Source: Euglena gracilis (Eukaryota). Taken from it: a stretch of DNA of 64,000 nt. Below the pieces are notes generated by a model. It made no database searches. It was not told the DNA's origin and worked only from the letters and a program-made list of their open reading frames with translations. The stretch spans positions 41,719,572 through 41,783,571 of the forward strand of contig CP154954.1 in the NCBI GenBank assembly GCA_039621445.1, given 5' to 3'. This document shows positions 12,790 to 24,943 of the stretch, in pieces (position 1 is the first letter of the stretch; each line of letters opens with the position of its first letter). A program made the translations under genes and the position numbers.

Positions 12790-14260
12790 CGGTGGGTGGG
12801 AGGCCATGGGTTGGTTAGGATGTTCCAGAAGTTGGGGGCGGAACACTGGGGTGGGAGGTCAGGCAGTCGGCGTGTAGAACACCCCGGGGAGGGATTGAAA
12901 TTGTATGGAAGTTTGGCGGGTGGAAGTTCAGCGGGTTGGACACCGCCAGGCGGTTGGGGTTATTCCGAGGTTCGGTGGTTACAACACCACAGGGTGGTTG
13001 AGGGAGGCCTGGTAAAGCAGGGGGTTGGATGTCACAGGGTGTTCGAGGTGGTCCGGAAGCTCTGAGGGCACAGGGTGATTAGGGTTATGTGGAAGCTCGG
13101 TAGGTGGGTTTACGCGGGAGTTGGAAGGGTAGCACACCATGGTGGGCCATCAGGCTGAGTAACTGAGAAAGTTGATGGGTCACCCGGAAATTTATGGGGT
13201 AAAGCACCGCATTGATTGTGATGTCCGGAAAGATGGTGGGTAGGATGGGATGGTCCGGCAGCTGATTTTGAACACCACGTGAGGTGGTTGGTGTGCAGTA
13301 CACCATGGTTGTGGGGTTATCCAGGAGTTTGGTAATGGGGTGGGAGAGACACCAGGGGAGAGTTCTGGTTATGCAGAAGTTTATGGTCCATTGAGTTTCC
13401 AGAGGTGAGATGTGTGGAAGGCCACGGGGGGGGGGGGGGGCCCAGGTTTCAGCGGGTCGAACACCATGGGTTGGTCGGGATTATCGGAATTTCGACAGGT
13501 TAGACTCCGCAGGGTGGCTGGGTTTGTACCGAAGTTCGGTGGGTGGTGAAAAACTACAGAGGGGTTGAGGCAAGCCTGAAATGCAGCGGGTTAAATATCA
13601 CGGGGTATTCGGAATGGTCCGGAAGCTCGGTGGGTCAGACACCATCTGGGCAAGGGGGTTATCCGTAGTTCAGAGTTCTGCACCAACGGGCTATCAAGCT
13701 TATTCGGAAATCGGAAAGAACACCGTGGGGGTTGGGTTATCGGAAGGATCGGTTGGTTGTGGTTATCCGGAGCGTTTGGGGGGTCCGGGCAGTCGGCGTG
13801 AAGAACAGGAGGGGGGGGGGGGGTTGGGCTGTTCAGAAGTTCGGCGCGTAGCACGGAAGTTCGGCGGGTTGGATGCACTGGGGTGGTTGGGGGTGAAACG
13901 AAAGTCGGTGAGTAAGACACCATTGGGGGGGGGGGGTCCATAAGTTGGGTGGGTTGAACACCACAGGGTGGTTTTGTGGGTAAAACAACATAGATGGGGT
14001 ATGTGGTGTAGTTCAGATTTGATGGGTCGGAAACCATGGATGAGGGTGTCCAGAGGTTCGTGGGAGAGACACCATGGATTTTTGCATTATAAATATATCA
14101 TGGTGGGCAGGGCGGAATACATTGGGTGCCCGGAAGTTCGAGGTTGAACACTGTGGGGTGGAGGGAATTTCGTGGGTGAGATACACAAGGTGGTTGGGGT
14201 TATCCGGAAGCTCGGTGGGTCAGGTAACGCGGGTTGATTTGGGTAGTCTGCGAGTCCTGA
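12790..14260 (+). repeat. Highly decayed ~45-bp minisatellite
   Basis: Recurrent ggttatccggaagttcggtgggt..acaccac.ggggtggttgg variants; second copy ~37115-38580. Confidence 0.75.
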
Positions 14261-14339
14261 AAAGGGGAAAGAATGGGGTGGTTGTGTTATAAATGGAACA
14301 AGATGGGTGAGGGTTGAAAATTTCGCGAGGCAGCAGAAG

Positions 14340-17300
14340 AAACTATGCATTGGATGGTGCATGCAAAAAAAAAAAATGCTTGCATGCTGATGTCAGGCTG
14401 TGAAAAAAAATCGGCACAAATACAACAAACCACGGAGAGAGCTGTGTCTCACCATGGTCTGGAGGGGGCATGGGGCTGGGGAGGTGAACTGCACATGGTG
14501 GTGCATGTAAGAATGGATGAGAGACTGGTGTCATAAAAAATGGGAAGGCTGGGAATGCAAGAGGCGCTAATGAAAAACTGTTTACTCCTGGGTGCTTATT
14601 TTTCCTTTCCATGATATTTGGGAATGTCAATCTTACTAACTCAAGTGGGTTTCTACCACAATGGGGTTTCATTTAGAAATTGGGGGTTCGCAGTGCAGAC
14701 TATTTGGGCCCCAAAGGTTTTTTAGTGTGTACTGACTTAGATGAGCTGCAAGAGAAATTTGTGGATGATAATAAAGGAAGGGGTTAAAGCGGCGGATGCA
14801 GGTAAATGGTTGCACTTAAGCAGGCTTGAGCCACGTTCAGACAAAGCGGAGGGAAGAAGAGGTTCTCAAATTCTTAAAGGTTAGGGTGTTCCTGGTGTGT
14901 GGGGTGGTTACGGTGGATAGTGGGTGGGGGCAGGGGGGCGGAGGCCGGGGGGGGGGGGGGGGGGGGGGGGGGAGTCGGCGTCCACCATTCTCGGCGGAGA
15001 GCTGGTGGGTAAGCTGGGGGGGGGGGCAGGGGCTGGCAGAAACACAGTGCCAGGCCCATAATGACCGGTCCAGGAGGCAGCAAAAGAAATCATAAAATGG
15101 TTGGTGCACACAAAATGTGTTTGCATGCTGACGTAAGGCAGTGAGATACATCAGCACAAATTCAACAAACCGCGGAGAGAGCTGTGTCTCACCGCGGTCT
15201 GGATGAGGGCGTGCACTGCTGCCACATTTGAATGCATGGGAGAAAGAAATTGGGCCTGGTGTCATGAAAACGGGGAGGGGGCTGGGGCTGGGGGTGCGGG
15301 GAGCACCAATGTGAATTTATTTCTCCCGGGTGTTTCCCAGCCTTTCTTTATGTACTGAAACTTAGAAATGTGATTCTCTCATGTTTTATGTGAATTTCTA
15401 CCACGATGAGCGTTATTTTGGAAATTTGGGGGGTTCACAGCGAATAGTATTAGGGCTGCTCCACGGGTATGTCAGTGTGTACTGACTGAAATGAGCTGCA
15501 AGAGAAATTTGCAGGTGAGAATTAATGGAGGGGTAAAGCGGCGGTTGCAAATAAGTGGTTGCACTTCAGCAGCTTGAACAAAATTTAGACAAAGCGGGGG
15601 GAAGAGGTCCGCAAAATCTTGAAGACTAGGGGGGGGGGGGGGGGGGGTGGGTGTGGTGGGTAGTGGAGGCACAGCTGGGGCAGGGTTCCGGACAGAGGGT
15701 GCCGGCGGGGGGGGGGGGGGGACAGACAGGAGGCTTCAGTGCAACAAAGGGTGGGGAGTCTGCGCCCACCATTCTCGACTGGGTGAGCTGGGGGGGGGGG
15801 GGTGGCGGAGAGGGTTGGCAGAAACACGGCGCCAGGCCCACTAGAGGATAATGACTGGTCCAAGAAGGGGGGGGGTTCAAAAATAGGAGAGGCAAAAAAG
15901 AAACCATCAATTTGCAGGTGAGCTAAAATATGTCTGCATCTGATGTCAGGCAGTGAGATACATCAGCACAAATTCAACAAACCGCGGAGAGAGCTGTGTC
16001 TCACTGCGGTCTGGATGAGGATGGGGCATGCACTGCTGCCACATTTGAATGCATGGGAGAAAGAAATTGGGCCTGGTGTCATGAAAAACGGGGAGGGGGC
16101 TGGGGCTGGGGGTGCGGGGAGCACCAATGTGGATTTATTTCTCCCGGGTGTTTCCCAGCCTTTCTTCGTCCTGAAATTTAGAAATGTGATTCTCTTATGT
16201 TTTATGAAAAATTTCTACCACAATGAGTGTTATTTTGGAAATTTGGGGGGTTCACAGCGAAGAGTATTTGGGCTGCTCCACGGGTATGTCAGTGTGTACT
16301 GACTGAAAAGAGCTGCAAGAGAAATTTGCGGTGAGAGTTAGTGGAGGGGTAAGGCGGCGGTGGAAAATAAATGGTTGCACTTCAGCAGCTTGAACAAAAT
16401 TTAGACAACGCGGAGGGAAGAGGTCCGCAAAATCTTGAAGACTAGGGTGTGGTGGGGGTGGGGTGGGTGGGGTGGGTAGTGGTGGGGTTCGGTTTTCGCG
16501 GTGAATTTCACCGCCGGACGCTATGCGGGTTCCTCAGGGACCGGAGTCCCTGGGAATTGCCCACGCCCGCTCAGGTGGGCGGGCCCTCCGCAGCTCTGCC
16601 GTGTTCCGCCGGCCGGCGCACGCGTGGCTGGAGCCAGACCTGCAAAGATGCCTGCCGCTTTCGAGGATGCTCCTCCTGCTCCCGCAGGGGGGGGGAGGGG
16701 CTGCCGAGTGGGGGTACCTGGGAAGCCATGCAAGGAGGGCAGGCAGACAGGCATGGGGACGGAGTCCCCGTCCTCCGGGGGTGAGGGTGCTGGCGGGCTC
16801 CCCAGGGGGGCCAACGCCAAGGCTGCTGGTGAGCCTCCTGTTGGCGGCTGGTTTCTGAGCCGCTTGGCGGGCGCTGCACCCGTCCGCCGCTGGCTTGGGG
16901 TACCTAGAGTGGCGGGCGGGGGAGCGGGAAGGCGTGCTGGGGGGAGGGCCGAGGCCGAGGCCGAGTCCGCCTGTGGGCGCCCGGCCGCTGGTCCAGTCCT
17001 CCGCCGCTTGGCTAGCGGTGGGCCAGGGGTGGCGGCTGGACCGGGGCAGAGGGAGACGACGAAATGCCTGCGACATTGGGGACAGAGGAAGCCACGGCGG
17101 CGATGCTGCCAGAGCTGGCCGCGGCCAAAGAGAGGAGGAAAGCGTTCCACCTCTCGGTGAATGCCCGTTACCACGGGGCGCGGACCCCCTCCGGCGTTGG
17201 GGCCAGCCGCACCGACCAGCGGCGGGGTCGAGACGGCGGGAGGCCCGGCGCCAGAGGGGACGCCATCTCTTTGGACATCTCTTTGGAGCCACGTTCCTCG

Positions 17301-19870
17301 TCGCCGGCGACAGCGGCCTGCAAGTGCTTGGTGAATCCGGCGATGTTGTCCCGCACAGCCCTGGGGAATGGGCAGGCATGCTCAACTTCCCACAACAGCA
17401 GGAGGGCCATGGCGGACTCCCCCTCTTCGGGAGGGGCTGGCCACAGGAACCGGTGTTCCCGGATCCACCGCCCGAGGCCTGCATTAGCCTCGGCCATCTG
17501 TGTGCGGAGGACAGGGGAGTATGAGGGCCCCTGTGGGGACCGCTGCCAGGTCCCCAAGTCCAGAGAGACCCTGGGGACCCTATTGTATAGGAGCCTGTTG
17601 GACTTGGATACACACAGGAGAGGGGGAGACAGGGCCACCGCAGGGCCAGCCTCGATGAGCTGGCGGAGGGCGCGGCCCAGTGCCACAGTCCGCTGGGTGA
17701 GGCCGGCCCCTGGGGTGGAGGTGAGCGGCTGCCCGGTGGCCCGCTCAAACACGGCCAGCAGGAGGGCAGCTGTGGAGCCGCAGGATGGAGGATCGTTGTC
17801 TCCTGTTGGAGTACGGAGACCAGCTGTTTTCGCAAGCCGGCGGAGCGTTGCGGACCGCACGCCGGCAACGAGGAAGGCGGTGTGGGTGGAGGTGGAGACG
17901 GCAGCGGTGGAGCCTGGCGGCGTTCCACCTCTAGGCGGCGGAGGTCAGCCACCGTGGGTTGGCGTTCCGGTGGCCTTGCCTCCGCTGCCCTGAACGCCAG
18001 GGGGCTGGGGAGGACGAGTCCGGGGAGAGAGTGGAGGGGGGTGGCTCTTGGAGGGTGCCCCGGCGCCGCATCCACTCCGCGAGGCGCTCCGCCAGCAGGC
18101 GGTGCAAGGCCGGGAGGAAGCGCCCAGCGTCCGCTGGTTGCAGCGGGGAGTGCGACAGGCAATCGGAGGGAATCAGGGCGGCCGCCAGCAGAAGGAGGTG
18201 GGAAGTGATCCAGACCTCCGGTGGCGGTGGGATGGAGCAGCGCACTTTGGAGCCCGCCGAGGCCCACAGCTCCAGAAAGGAGGGGATCACGTCGGAGGAG
18301 CCGATGGATGAGCACCCGGAGAGGATATGCTCCTCATCCTCCACCGGAGCGCCACAGCCCAGGCAGGCGGGGGAAGAAGGGCCCATGCCGTGGCGAAACA
18401 GGCAGTCCTGCGGGCCAGGCAGCCCCCTCGGACCCGGGCGACCCATTTGATGGTGGCTGGGGGCACCAGGTGGACGAAACCGTCGACACCGGCAATGGCC
18501 CGGTGGAAACCACCGGTGGATGCTGCCCAATTTATATCAATGGCCACGGGGAAGAGGGGGGATAGTCTGCACTGGCGGGCACCGGTGTGCCACGCCCGCC
18601 GGGAGCGGAGCCACCATGCCGAGGGGAAGGAGGAGGACACCTGCAGGACGACGGAGCCCGACGAGTCGAGGAGCTCCACCGCATCCCCGAACTGGGCTGC
18701 CGGCGGCCCCCAAAACTCGGATGCCTCTCCGCGGGCAGCCTTCTTGGCCCACCCGTCGACAATGTCGTTGCGGGGGGCAGCCACACTGCAGGCCATCCTC
18801 GTCGTGCGCCCGCACCTTCTCCAGGATGGGGGGCAGGTCGCAGTCCCGCGTCGATGCGATGACCTATCGTACCAGGGAGGTCGGATGGGGGGTGGCGGCG
18901 GGGGGGGGGGGTGTCGGCGTCCACCAGTCTCGGCGGAGAGCTGGTGGGTGAGCTAGGGGGGGGGGGGGGGGGGCGCAGGGGCTGGCAGAAACGGTGCCAG
19001 GCCCATTGTGACCGGTCCAAGGTTTAAAGTCCAAGAGGCTGCAAAAGAAATCATGAAATGGTTGGTGCAACACAAAATACATTTGCATGCTGACGTCGGG
19101 TTGTGAGACAAATCAGCACAAATTCAACAAACCATGGAGAGAGCTGTGTCTCACCGCGGTCTGAAGGAGGATGGGGCGTGCACTGTCGCCACATATGATT
19201 GTAAGGGAGAGGGAAATGGGCCTGGTGTCATGAAAGGTGGGAGTTGGCTGGAGGTGAAGGAGGCGCTGATGTAAATTCATGTTTCCGAGGGTGTTCTCTA
19301 GCTTTTCTTCTTTCCCTGCAATTTGGGAGATGCTGTTCTTTATGTTTTATGTGAGTTTATAACACAGTGGGTCTTATTGCGGAAACTTGGGGGTTCGCGG
19401 TGATGAAGAGGATTTGGGCTGCCCCACTGGTGTGTTTTGACTGAAATGAGCTGCAAGGGAAATTTGTGGATGAAATTTATGCGCAGAATTAAAAAGGGTG
19501 TTTAAAGCAGCGTTTGCGTGTAAGTGGTCCTGCATAGAAATGGTTTCATTTCAGCAGCCAGCACCAGATGGATGTAATGCAGGGGGAGTTTCCTGATAGC
19601 TTAAATGGTGGGGCATTTGTGTGCGTGAGTGGGGTGGGTAGTGGGTGGAGGCAGAGTTGGGCAGGATTCCCGGGTGCCGGACAGGGGTTGGCAGGGGGGT
19701 GAGTAGTGGGCACCATGCTTGGCGGGTGGTGGGGGATGGGCTGGGCGGGGCTGGTCGAATGGGGGGGGGGGTGGCAAAATTCCGAGAGGCAACAAATCAA
19801 TTTGCTAGTGCATGCAAACCACGTTTGCATGCTGATGCCAGGCTGCGAGATAAAATCAGCACAAATGCAT
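14340..19870 (+). repeat. ~0.75-0.8-kb diverged tandem array (4-5 units) interrupted by a retrotransposon
   Basis: gcatgctga.gtc.ggc.gtgaga.a.atcagcacaaattcaacaaacc..ggagagagctgtgtctcac at ~14382, 15123, 15936, 19085, 19827; second copy ~38665-44205. Confidence 0.9.
16490..18870 (-). mobile_element. 5'-truncated, frameshifted non-LTR retrotransposon (RNase H end, CCHC knuckle, long C-terminal extension)
   Basis: ILEKVRAH...NDIVDGWAKKAA (RNase H C-terminal motif, ~18730-18830); CLGCGAPVEDEEHILSGC (~18312-18365); GC-rich block splitting one array unit; no RT seen. Confidence 0.8.
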
Positions 19871-21030
19871 GATTCGGGGCTGGAGCAAGCAAAGGCCAGG
19901 TACCGGGTTGGAGCTGGCCTTTGAATGCAGGGGCAACGGCGGGCAGCCAGGTGGCTACCGTGTGAGTGTGGGTGCTGTCCGGTGGGGACGGGGGGGTGCG
20001 CCCAATGTGCTGTCGTGCCGTGTCTGGGGGTTTAGGGTGGGGGGGGGGGCGTGTGCGAGGAGCTCCGGGGGGGGGGGGGGGAAAATGGGCCGCCGCGAGC
20101 GTTGGCGACCGGACCCGATCTCCTTGGTCCGTGGCCCGTTCATAGGCTGGGGTTGGGGCCGGGCCAGGACAGTAGAGCGAACGCCGGCGCTGATGCCCGG
20201 CACGAGGCCCAAGCACCCACACAGAGGGGGGGGGGGGGGGTGGCGGGGGGGGGTTCCGCATGCTGTGAGGGGCCCGTCTCTGGATTTTTGCAGCAAGTGC
20301 GCGGGGGGTATCGTGTGGGTTCGGGGCTGGGGTGATGCTGATCTGAGTAGGGGGGGAGTTAATGGGCACAAGGACTGAGCGGTGCCAGACCGTGGAAAGT
20401 CAGGAGGGGGGGAGCCTGGCGCAGGGGTGGGGGATTTGTCCCAGAGGGCTGGTGTCGCCCCGGTCAACCCAGTTGGTGGTACTGTATGATGATGCCAGGG
20501 GTGGGGCCCGGCACTCTCAGAGGAGGACTGGCGGGTGGCTATCAAAGAAAGGAATAAATATGCTAGATTTGTATTTTTAAAAAAAAACAGAGGGGCGTGA
20601 GGTTGGGGTGGGGGTGTGACTGCCACTGTGCGCTCGCTGGGGGGGGGGCGTTGTGTGCCTCCGAGGGGTTCTTCATGTAAGCACTAACCTCAGGTAGGGG
20701 TGAATGCGGGTAGGGGGTGTCTGGGTCATTCGGGGCTAGAGCAAGCAAAGGCCAGGTACCGGGTTGGGGCTGGCCTTTGAATGCAGGGGCAACGGCGGGC
20801 AGCCAGGTGGCTATTGTGTGAGCGTGGGTGCTGTCCGGTGGGGGACGGGGGGGGGTGCGCACAATGTGCTGTCGTGCCGTGTCTGGGGGGTGAGGGGGGG
20901 GGGGGCGTGTGCGAGGCGCTCCGGGGAGGGGGGGGACGAAAATGGGGTGCCGCGAGCGTCGTCGGCCGGGCCGGAGCTCATTTACCTGGTATGTGGCTGG
21001 GTGGTCCGGACCCCCCGCGGGCCAGGAGCG
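19871..21030 (+). repeat. ~0.25-0.3-kb direct repeat pair (19871 and 20728)
   Basis: attcggggct.gagcaagcaaaggccaggtaccgggttgg...tgtgctgtcgtgccgtgtctggggg present twice. Confidence 0.85.
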
Positions 21031-21877
21031 GGGGGGGGGGGGGGGGGGGGGGGGGAGTCGGCGATGCCGGTGCCTGCTTGGGTCATCACAGACAGAGAGG
21101 AGGATGGCGGTGGCGGCGGAAAAAAGCGTCCCCGGGTGGGTGCCGAGGGTTTTGGCTGTGTGGCGGGTGGTGGAAGGGCCGGACGTGGGGGGAGTGCCGG
21201 TCGCGAACATCGTACGATGATCCCGCCGAGCGTGAAGGGCAGGGAACAGGGCCAGGGCGACGAGGAGGGGGTCGTCTGCGGCGGTGAACTTCGTACGAGG
21301 ATCCCGCCGAGCGCGAGGAGCAGGGAACAGGGTCAGGGCGACGAGGGAGGGGGTCGTCTGCGGCGGTGAACTTCGTACGATGTGCACGCCATGTTGAACG
21401 GCAGGGTTGATGATGAGGGCGATGGGCGAGGTGTCCTGGGGCAGAGGCGAAGTACTTCGTATGATGACCTCGCTGCGGGGAACAACAGGGAGGGACAGGA
21501 TGGCGACGAACAACAGGCTGAGTCGTCGGTGAACTTCGTACGATGACGTTGGGAGGCAGGGGATGGGGGCGACGGTGGCCCGGGGCGGGAGGTGGATGAG
21601 GGCGTGGCTGGGGGGGGCAGAGGCCGGGATGGAATGATGGGGGGATGAGGGCGTGCCCGCTGGGGGGCAGAGGCTGTGATGGGGGGTGGGGGCGTGGGCG
21701 CTGGGGGTTAAGTCGGAAGGGACCCCGGGGTACCACCAGTTCACCATACCTAGGTGTGTCGTCGAGTCCTGGGACCTATTCCATCATTTGTCCTCCTATC
21801 CTAATATAATACACTTTTGTTGTTTTCGGAGCCTGACAACGCACACAGAAAAGGTTCTTCAAAAAGCAAAAAAATTC

Positions 21878-21878
21878 G

Positions 21879-21909
<31 letters not shown>

Positions 21910-22020
21910 CATTGTTGTTCATGTATGTACTTATGTAAGTGATGTATGTATGTATGTATGTATGTATGTATGTATGTATGTATGTATGTATGTATGTATG
22001 TATGTATGTATGTATGTATG

Positions 22021-22052
<32 letters not shown>

Positions 22053-22200
22053 TGTGTGTATGTATGTATGTATGTATGTATGTATGTATGTATGTATGTA
22101 TGTATGTATGTATGTATGTATGTATGTATGTATGTGAGTGTATGTATGTGTGTATGTACGCATGTGCATATGTATATATGTATGTGTGTGTGTGTGTGCG
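21878..22200. repeat. (GTT)n, (TATG)n and (TG)n microsatellites
   Basis: Directly visible; (TATG)n ~21943-22134. Confidence 0.98.
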
Positions 22201-22746
22201 TGTTCTTAACAATTTATGTGATTCTTTTTTGGTGGATTGCGTTAATTTGAGTTTCATTTTATTGCTGGACAGGATTTTTTGACAGAAAATATGCAGTTAA
22301 GCAAAACACAACAAAATTGATTTTTGGTTCTGATACCACCTGAGGTTTTTCCTATCAATGATTTCTATGCAGAGATGAGCCCATGTTTGGCGGTCAATTC
22401 AAAGCCCCTTAGGCCGTTTAAAAAATTGGGGGGTTTAGTTGTCCTTTTTTGCAGCTAAATTTGTTGCTTCCCTGCTCAAATTCGACATTTTTAAAGCTTC
22501 TTGGAAGCACATCTGAGGTTCCATTTCGGGTGCGAGAGTTTGCAGCCAAAAGTGCCATTTTGTGCACTTTTTGGGCAAAAAATTCTCAAAAATGAAAAAA
22601 AAAGCAAAAAGCGCCGGAAGGAAAATTTTGACCTTTTTGGGTGGGGTCCATCCCCCTCCCCCCTGGGTTGGTCCGGACCCCCCACCGGTTTGGGGAGGGA
22701 CACCCTCCTTATATCGAACCCTGCCCAATCAAATGTGCAAATAAAG

Positions 22747-23905
22747 CCCTGGCACTAAAACCAACCCGAGCGATGCTGTTTGGATCGGCATGGCCCAATC
22801 CATATGGTGACACGGTGACAGGCGTGGCCGACCTGGGGGATGTGCTGAAGGAAGGCCAGGGTTGACTGACCTAACCGCTTTGTCCTGCAGACCCCCTTTC
22901 TTTTCACCTGTTTTGATGACGATAAACTTGACAGGCAAAAAATTCTAAATAAACACAATTATTTGTTCTTCCTGAATTGTTCGCCATTCTGTTTTGGCCG
23001 GTTGGGATTTGCGTTGGTATTTGTGATGAAATCTGTGTTGTGATTTGTGTTGGGATTTGTGTTGAAATTTGTGTTGGGATCTGCGTTGGCGTTTATGTTG
23101 AAATTTGCGTTTTTTTGGGATCTTGTTGGGATCCGAAGGGTTACCCCCATTTAATACCTTTTCCCAGCTGGTTGGCTGGACCCCCCTGGGGGTTAACTCA
23201 TGGTGGGGGGTTAAGAATTTCCCTGTATGGCATTCCCAGGGTCCTTTTTCACACCAGGCTTATAATCGTTGCAAACAGCTGCCCACCGCACCTTTCTTGC
23301 GCACACTTCGCATTCTCCGTCAGCCATGAAGGCGGTTCCCTGAGGACGCTGCATGTGTACTCCCTGCAGGATCCGGTATCTCCCAGCCCCGCCCTGTTGG
23401 ATGCGCGAAGGTTTGGCGGTGTGGTGAGGACAACATGCCATTGTGGCAGCAGTGGCACCCACAGTGCTAATGCGACCGCGACCGCATGCTGGGAGAGTGA
23501 GGCATCGTGCATCGTTTTCTGGGCGTTCGTCACAGACGTGGTTTTTTGCGCCTCCGGGCGGTAAATGCTGCTTTTTTTTGCACGGCGGCCGCGGCGGAAA
23601 AGGGGTCACCGCGTCCGCGCCCATTTTGCTGCTTTTTTTGTATTCCTGACGAGGGGGAAAAGGGGTCTCCGTGTCCGCGGTCCTTCACAACAATCAGGTG
23701 AAGGCTTTGCAGGCCACCCCCCCCCCCACCTGTCGTGGGCTCTTTCTCTGCAACGTACCTGCAGGTCAACCCGGGGGCGATGGCCCAGCGGGTGGCGGAC
23801 TGCTACGGGCCAGCAGCAGAGCGGTGGGTGCACGACGCCCCCGCCCACATCGTGCCCCAGACGCCCGCCGACCTCCAGCGCTACATCCAATTCCTGGGCC
23901 TGTGA
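22747..23905 (+). CDS. 3' exons of an FSH1/OVCA2-like alpha/beta serine hydrolase, copy 1
   Basis: ~22747-22860 RAMLFGSAWPNP; 23324-23375 SLRTLHVYSLQDP; GT-AG intron 23376-23764 in phase 0; 23765-23905 VNPGAMAQRVADCYGPAAERWVHDAPAHIVPQTPADLQRYIQFLGL*. LHVxxxxD and HxVP match the FSH1 Asp and His motifs. No GxSxG exon found. Confidence 0.7.
23000..23130 (+). repeat. Degenerate 12-bp intronic tandem repeat (GATTTGTGTTGG-like)
   Basis: About 10 imperfect units visible. Confidence 0.8.
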
Positions 23906-24109
23906 CGCCCGCCGCGACGTGCTCAACCTCTCAATTGTGCTCTCAACTGCATTGAGTGCAGGTGCACAAACGTCCATTTTTCTGGTGTACATTACGCCTA
24001 TTTGCCCCCTCGCACAGCACTTTTCTTCTTCTTTCCACACTCTTTTTCTGCTGTCTGTTTGCTTTTATAATTTCCTGGAATTTTTTTCAGTCCTCACCTG
24101 GATGTGGAA

Positions 24110-24386
24110 CAGGGTTTTTTTTTTTTTAGTTTTGGACCCTCTCCCCTGGGGAGGGGGGTAGGGTGGGTGGGTCCCTTGGACCCCTCCCCCCCGGGGGGGT
24201 TGGGGCTGGTGGGTATATCTTTTTTGGCGCCGAAAATTTTGAAAACGGTGCTATTTTTAGCATTTTCGAGCAAAAGTGGGTGGTCCCCCAGGATCCCCCC
24301 CCCTGGGGGGCCCCACCTCTGGGGGTGGGTGGGTGGGTGCCGGCCCCCCTTCCCTCCTCCCCCCCCGGTCTAAAAAAAAAACCCTG
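24110..24386. mobile_element. hAT-type MITE (277 bp) with perfect 8-bp TSD
   Basis: TIRs cagggT(n)ag / ctA(n)ccctg; atgtggaa at 24102-24109 and 24387-24394. Confidence 0.9.
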
Positions 24387-24591
24387 ATGTGGAAGCCCTG
24401 AGTAGGCTTCTGCTTAAGAAATATTGGTGCCTCCAGGGGGAACTGCAGCTGGCCCAAAGTCAGGGATCTGTTAGGCGCTGGGGAGAAGTTCTTGACCCCC
24501 AACCCAAAATGCCCTAAATGCCCATTTTTGGCTTTTTGGGGGGGGAGCAACCAACAAAAATCTTTAAACGTTTCAGCCCCCCCCCCCAACG

Positions 24592-24943
24592 CAAGGTATT
24601 AAAAAAAAAGTGGGTATTGACTAGTTTTTGGCTCCAAACCCCCCCACCCAGTGGGCGGTCGGCCAGGATTGGCTGAAAGTGACCACCTGGCACCAAAAGG
24701 CCAATTTTGGGGGGATTTTCCACCAAAATTCTTTGATTTTTGGCCATTTTTGTCCGACTGGCCAAAGTGACCAACCCCTCCCCCCCCCCCCCGGGGGAAG
24801 TGGGTGACTGGTTTTCGAAAAGTGACTGACAGGTTTTTGAAAGTGGAAAGTAACCCCCCAGGGGAGGTTGGTAAGCAGTGGTATGGTTCGGAGGTGAGGA
24901 GTGGAGGTCTCTCCCTTCTCCTCCCCGTTCACTCAATACCCTG
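24592..24943. mobile_element. Older CAGGG-type MITE
   Basis: caaggtattaa / tcaataccctg imperfect TIRs; flanks ccccaacg / ccgccaag only partly match. Confidence 0.45.

Noticed and set aside
14920-14975. Copy differences next to poly-G (vs 39240-39315; also 3200-3310 vs 28205-28280) as real divergence
   Set aside because: Pattern typical of long-read consensus failure in G-rich tracts; cannot be trusted without reads
16449-18956. Long plus-strand and off-frame ORFs, e.g. the 593-aa and 309-aa calls
   Set aside because: Shadow frames of a GC-rich retrotransposon; the motifs lie in other minus-strand frames
21686-22282. ORFs reading MYVC/HTYI repeats (also 46222-46601)
   Set aside because: Translations of the (TATG)n microsatellite
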